Assembly (NCBI GenBank): GCA_022711315.1
Contig: JAKLFG010000006.1
Span: forward strand, 3,726 to 67,725
Source of the DNA: a bacterium
Lineage (GTDB): Bacteria; UBP6; UBA1177; JAKLFG01
Length of the DNA: 64,000 nucleotides
Direction of reading: 5' to 3'
Shown here: positions 60,805-64,000 of the stretch, piece by piece
Layout of the letters: each line of letters starts with the position of its first letter
Numbering within the stretch: position 1 is the first letter of the stretch
The notes under the pieces: generated by a model
What the model was told of the DNA's origin: nothing
The model's database searches: none
The model's input: only the letters and a program-made list of their open reading frames with translations
Position numbers and translations under genes: made by a program

Positions 60805-60833
60805 TTGACAACACGGGAGAGAGCGTTTATAGT
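60805..60833 (+). promoter_or_regulatory. Putative sigma70 promoter of the HEPN-MNT pair
   Basis: TTGACA-N17-TATAGT, 25 nt upstream of ATG 60859 (ACGGAGGAG SD). Confidence 0.5.
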
Positions 60834-60858
60834 TGGCAGGTCGTAAACGGAGGAGCGT

Positions 60859-61251
60859 ATGGCGCTCAAGAGCATCGAGAAATATTGGAAAGTGTCGGCG
60901 CAAGAGGCTTTCGGCGCCGCCAACGATCTCTTCAAGACCGGCCGATATACCTATGCGATGTTCTTTCTGCATCTTGCGGCAGAAAAGATGATCAAGGCGC
61001 TTTATGTAAACCGGAACGCCGCCGAGCCGCCTTTTGGCCATAATTTGCAAAATCTTGCAGTTAAGATAGACGGCATAACAGTCTCGGCCACCACTTTGGG
61101 ACTTTTGGCGCAGATAACGACTTTCAATACCGCTGCCCGTTATGATGATCACAAGAAAAGTTTTCAGAAGCTTTGCACCAAGGATTTCGCAAAGAATTAT
61201 CTGAAACAGGGAAAGGAGTTGATGGCATGGCTCGCGTCCCAGTTCAAATAA
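60859..61251 (+). CDS. HEPN domain protein (type VII TA toxin-like)
   Basis: 130 aa. ...AQEAFGAANDLFKTGRYTYAMFFLHLAAEKMIKAL...GHNL...AARYDD. This is a helical HEPN pattern with the RY(P/D)D motif. Confidence 0.7.
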   Translation: MALKSIEKYWKVSAQEAFGAANDLFKTGRYTYAMFFLHLAAEKMIKALYVNRNAAEPPFGHNLQNLAVKIDGITVSATTLGLLAQITTFNTAARYDDHKKSFQKLCTKDFAKNYLKQGKELMAWLASQFK

Positions 61252-61541
61252 TCGCGCTTGCCCGCCGACTGAAAAAAGCGGTGGCCAAGGAATTAGCGGT
61301 CAAAAAACTCATTCTGTTCGGTTCTTACGCCAAAGGGAATCATACCACGGACAGCGATATTGACCTCTGCATCGTCGCCGACAACGCCGGGAACAATTCT
61401 CTTGCCGCGTTGAAATTGGCGCCGCTGACGGCCGGTATCGACACCCGGATCGAGGCGATAGTGTTCAACGAGCGGGACTTCCGGCAGGGAACGGTCGGTA
61501 TCATCCGTGAGATAAAGGAAACCGGCATCGAGATCGAATAG
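61227..61541 (+). CDS. Minimal nucleotidyltransferase (MNT, cognate antitoxin-like)
   Basis: LILFGSYAKGNHTTDSDIDLCIV is the GS-x9-11-D.D pol-beta NTase motif. Overlaps the HEPN gene by 25 nt. Confidence 0.8.
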   Translation: MARVPVQIIALARRLKKAVAKELAVKKLILFGSYAKGNHTTDSDIDLCIVADNAGNNSLAALKLAPLTAGIDTRIEAIVFNERDFRQGTVGIIREIKETGIEIE

Positions 61542-61565
61542 GGTATTCTTTCCCCGCACTTCTTT

Positions 61566-61593
61566 TTGACTTCATTTTCCTTCCTGTTATAGT
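61566..61593 (+). promoter_or_regulatory. Putative sigma70 promoter of the orphan zinc-ribbon gene
   Basis: TTGACT-N16-TATAGT, about 33 nt upstream of ATG 61627. Confidence 0.45.
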
Positions 61594-61626
61594 GTAGTGT
61601 CGTTTCAGGGGATATAGGGGTCTTTC

Positions 61627-62283
61627 ATGGCGGCGCTACTTTCCATCATCGCGATCATCGTCCTCGCCGGCGCTCTTTTGCTCGCGGGCGATAAAAATCC
61701 GGGTACAAACACCAAAGTAAAGAAACCGACAACTACATGCACCGGGAAAGAAGTAACTTTGAAACATATCAAATCATTACATCGTTGTGCCGTTGAAACT
61801 GCTCTTGCAAGCCTTGAAAATGGTGACAGCCAAGAGAATGTTAAAAGAAAAGTAGATTTGGCAATGTGCTATGCCATTCTTTTCTACGATAATGTCGCCG
61901 AATATCCTTGTCCCGAATGTGGAGAGAAGACTATCTTCGATAAAGACTGGATTACATTCATTAGAAAAGAATTGCCTCTAATGCGTGAATTAGTGGCGGA
62001 GATTGCTCAAATAAGTGGACTTTCGATAAAGCTCGAAGAGCACCAACTTTGCAAATCTTGTAGTCCTGAAAACTCGCCAATGTTGATTAACTTGGTGGTA
62101 ACTTATTCTGATGGAACATTGCAGATCACGGAACTTGATAAGGCAAGCGGTCTTAAATCTCTAAAGGCTGTTTTTAAAGCAATTTTCCCGAAACTCTTTT
62201 CGGAAAAAATAGAGCTCTCTCAAGAAGACATTGATACTGCGCGTTCTCTACTTGGCATCAAATCTGTTCCTGATAAAAAATAA
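61627..62283 (+). CDS. Low-GC orphan membrane-anchored protein with CPxC...CKSC zinc-ribbon-like pair (218 aa)
   Basis: N-terminal TM helix AALLSIIAIIVLAGALLLAG (GC-rich codons). The remaining ~190 aa are ~40% GC by eye. YPCPECGEK ... QLCKSCSPE. No recognisable family. Confidence 0.6.
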   Translation: MAALLSIIAIIVLAGALLLAGDKNPGTNTKVKKPTTTCTGKEVTLKHIKSLHRCAVETALASLENGDSQENVKRKVDLAMCYAILFYDNVAEYPCPECGEKTIFDKDWITFIRKELPLMRELVAEIAQISGLSIKLEEHQLCKSCSPENSPMLINLVVTYSDGTLQITELDKASGLKSLKAVFKAIFPKLFSEKIELSQEDIDTARSLLGIKSVPDKK

Positions 62284-62294
62284 GGAAGAGAATC

Positions 62295-63365
62295 ATGCCG
62301 ATCCTCGCCCGCTCATTCCTCCCGTCAACCGCCGTCTTGGAGATGACCTACCGCTGCAACCACACCTGTAAGTTCTGCTCCTGCCCGTGGTTCGCCTCCG
62401 ACAACCGCTTCCCCCGCCACCCCGAACTCACCACCCGACAGTGGAAAGACATCATCACCAAACTCTGCGACATGGGCGTCGCCAGTTTCGCCTTCACCGG
62501 CGGCGAAGCGCTCCTGCGCGACGACCTCTTCGAGATAATCGCCCACGCCGCCAAAAGCCGCGCCGAACACATCGAGACCAAAGAAGGCGAACTGCACACC
62601 CACATGGGCGCCCCCGGCCTTTACCTCATATCCAACGGCAAATGCGTGACCGAAGAGACGCTGAAACGGCTCAAGGAACACGAGGTCAATCTCGCGATGA
62701 GCCTCCCCGGACTCGAGACCTTCCAGTGGCACACCGGCTCCGACACCGCCGACCATGTGCTGAAAATGTTCGGCAAGGCGAAGGCGGCGGGGCTGCGCAC
62801 CGTCTGCAATGTCACCGTGACGAAGAAGAACATCGACGAACTCTACGAAACGCTCGCGGCGGGGCTCATCGCCGGGGCCGACCAGATACTGATGAACCGC
62901 TTCCTGCCCGGCGGCCGGGGACTCGACCACGCCGCGGAGATGATGATAGACGGTCCGATGCTGCCCCGGATGCTCGACATCGCCGAGGAGGTGCTGACCA
63001 AGGCGGGACGCTTCGGTTCGCTGGGCACCGAGGTCCCGCGCTGCTGGGCCGATCCGTCGAAGTACAAACGGATAACGGTCGGGACGCGCTGTTCGGCGGC
63101 GCTCGAATTCTTCGTCATCGACCCGTCGGGCTATGTTCGCGTCTGCAACCATTCGCAGGTACGGCTCAGCCATTTCGACGATATCGAGAAGGTCAAACTC
63201 GATCCCTACTGGACCGCCTTCACCCAGCGCTGTTACCTGCCGAAGGAATGCGCCGGATGCCATGACGCGCCCGACTGCGACGGCGGCTGCCGCGAGGCGG
63301 CCCACATCGTCGGCGGACGGCTCGACAGCCCCGACCCCTTGCCGCCGGTACCGCGGAACCTTTGA
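62295..63365 (+). CDS. Radical SAM enzyme with C-terminal SPASM domain
   Basis: LEMTYRCNHTCKFCSCPW (CxxxCxxC), FTGGEALL (GGE motif) and a C-terminal C....VCNHS ... CAGCHDAPDCDGGC SPASM-type Cys cluster. Confidence 0.85.
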   Translation: MPILARSFLPSTAVLEMTYRCNHTCKFCSCPWFASDNRFPRHPELTTRQWKDIITKLCDMGVASFAFTGGEALLRDDLFEIIAHAAKSRAEHIETKEGELHTHMGAPGLYLISNGKCVTEETLKRLKEHEVNLAMSLPGLETFQWHTGSDTADHVLKMFGKAKAAGLRTVCNVTVTKKNIDELYETLAAGLIAGADQILMNRFLPGGRGLDHAAEMMIDGPMLPRMLDIAEEVLTKAGRFGSLGTEVPRCWADPSKYKRITVGTRCSAALEFFVIDPSGYVRVCNHSQVRLSHFDDIEKVKLDPYWTAFTQRCYLPKECAGCHDAPDCDGGCREAAHIVGGRLDSPDPLPPVPRNL

Positions 63366-63413
63366 CTCCTCCCGCCGGTCTAACCTGATAAGCGGCGGAC
63401 AGGACGGACCTTC

Positions 63414-64000
63414 ATGCGGAGATATTTCAAGATATCCCTTACGGCGGCACTGTTCGCGGTGCTGTTCGTCTGGGCGACGCGCGGCCTGTTCTGGACCCCC
63501 GTGACCGCCTTTTTCCCCGAGTTCCATTTGATATGCCTCGCGACGCTGCTCGTCATGTTGCTCGCGGCGGGGAAGGGGTATGGCCTGTGGAGGGCCCTCT
63601 GCGAGACGGTCATGGCGCGGCGGAACTTCATATTTCCGCCGGTCGCCTTCCTCGCGCCGCTCGGTCTCGCTCTTTTATTTTTCCATGAGACCGCCCACCC
63701 GATGGATGCGGCCCATTACCTCTGGACCGCGAAACTCTTCGTCTCCGGGCAACTGTATCTGCCGCTCCCGCCGTTCTACGAGCATGCCTACGAGGGGTTC
63801 ATGGTCGTGCATGACGGCCGGTACTATTCGCTCTTTCCCCCCGGCTTCCCGGCGCTTCTCGCGCCGTTCGTCGCTTTCGGTCTCGCCTTCTGGCTCAATC
63901 CGATACTTAACGGCGTTGCGGTCTACCTGACCGGACGGGTGGCCGATGAACTGACCGGTGACCGGCGGGTCGCGACGCTTGCGATGCTGCTCATGACGGT
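63414..64000 (+). CDS. Polytopic membrane protein, GT-C (ArnT/PMT-like) glycosyltransferase candidate, 3' end outside window
   Basis: Not in the ORF track because no stop falls inside the window. My own translation from ATG 63414 stays open to nt 64000: MRRYFKISLTAALFAVLFVW...HETAHPMDAAHYLWTAKLF...YYSLFPPGFPALLAPFVAFG... At least 5 hydrophobic segments. Confidence 0.5.
   Translation, partial: MRRYFKISLTAALFAVLFVWATRGLFWTPVTAFFPEFHLICLATLLVMLLAAGKGYGLWRALCETVMARRNFIFPPVAFLAPLGLALLFFHETAHPMDAAHYLWTAKLFVSGQLYLPLPPFYEHAYEGFMVVHDGRYYSLFPPGFPALLAPFVAFGLAFWLNPILNGVAVYLTGRVADELTGDRRVATLAMLLMT

Noticed and set aside
58979-60814. 611-aa minus-strand ORF, and similar long ORFs at 19518-21098, 21162-22325, 23327-24802, 24818-25858, 12384-13748, 10907-12376, 62325-63527, 30717-32123, 32101-33516
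   Set aside because: All lie opposite or out of frame to genes with strong motif support (dinG, clpA, aat, the 1300-aa lipoprotein, FG-GAP, btuB-like, radical SAM, arcC and the P-loop gene). They show Arg/Gly/Ala/Pro-biased translations typical of high-GC off-frames.

Overview
High-GC (about 60-66% by eye) chromosomal window from a diderm bacterium with AGGAGG-type Shine-Dalgarno sites and sigma70-like TTGACA/TATAAT promoters. I can support 57 protein genes, one tRNA-Gln(UUG) and one cobalamin riboswitch. I saw no rRNA, CRISPR array, transposase, integrase or phage structural gene. Housekeeping blocks (coaD-ispE-tRNA-Gln-rplY-pth, aspS, clpS-clpA-aat, dtd-arcC, and a yfgM-like/bamB-like/ihf-like/dinG-like block) alternate with accessory cell-envelope loci. 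Those loci are unusually rich in lipoproteins with acidic D/E/T linkers, Myxococcus-type Cys-rich repeats, TSP3 repeats and Big_5/SbsA Ig-like domains. This hints at a Myxococcota-like or related uncultured lineage but cannot be proven from this window. Candidates most worth a second look: (1) a tandem family of four unrecognisable small Cys-loop lipoproteins plus a PAE-repeat lipopeptide (6.1-7.7 kb); (2) a riboswitch-controlled TonB receptor translationally coupled to a beta-propeller lipoprotein and a second lipoprotein, a BtuB/BtuG-like corrinoid capture module (7.8-12.3 kb); (3) an AbiEi/AbiEii cassette bounded by perfect 45-bp direct repeats that duplicate the 3' end of an FG-GAP gene, with no integrase (13.76-15.32 kb); (4) three exported Lys/Glu-rich polyampholyte proteins of 96, 145 and 1092 aa, one inside an ECF sigma operon and one behind a GGAAC-N17-CGTC ECF-type promoter embedded in a 9-bp-arm palindrome, and the largest followed by a histone-H1-like KK-repeat gene; (5) a RadC-type JAB domain fused to a DinG/XPD Fe-S helicase; (6) a low-GC islet with HEPN-MNT plus an orphan membrane zinc-ribbon protein next to a radical-SAM/SPASM + GT-C pair. 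All functional calls rest on motif recognition by eye. No database search was run.
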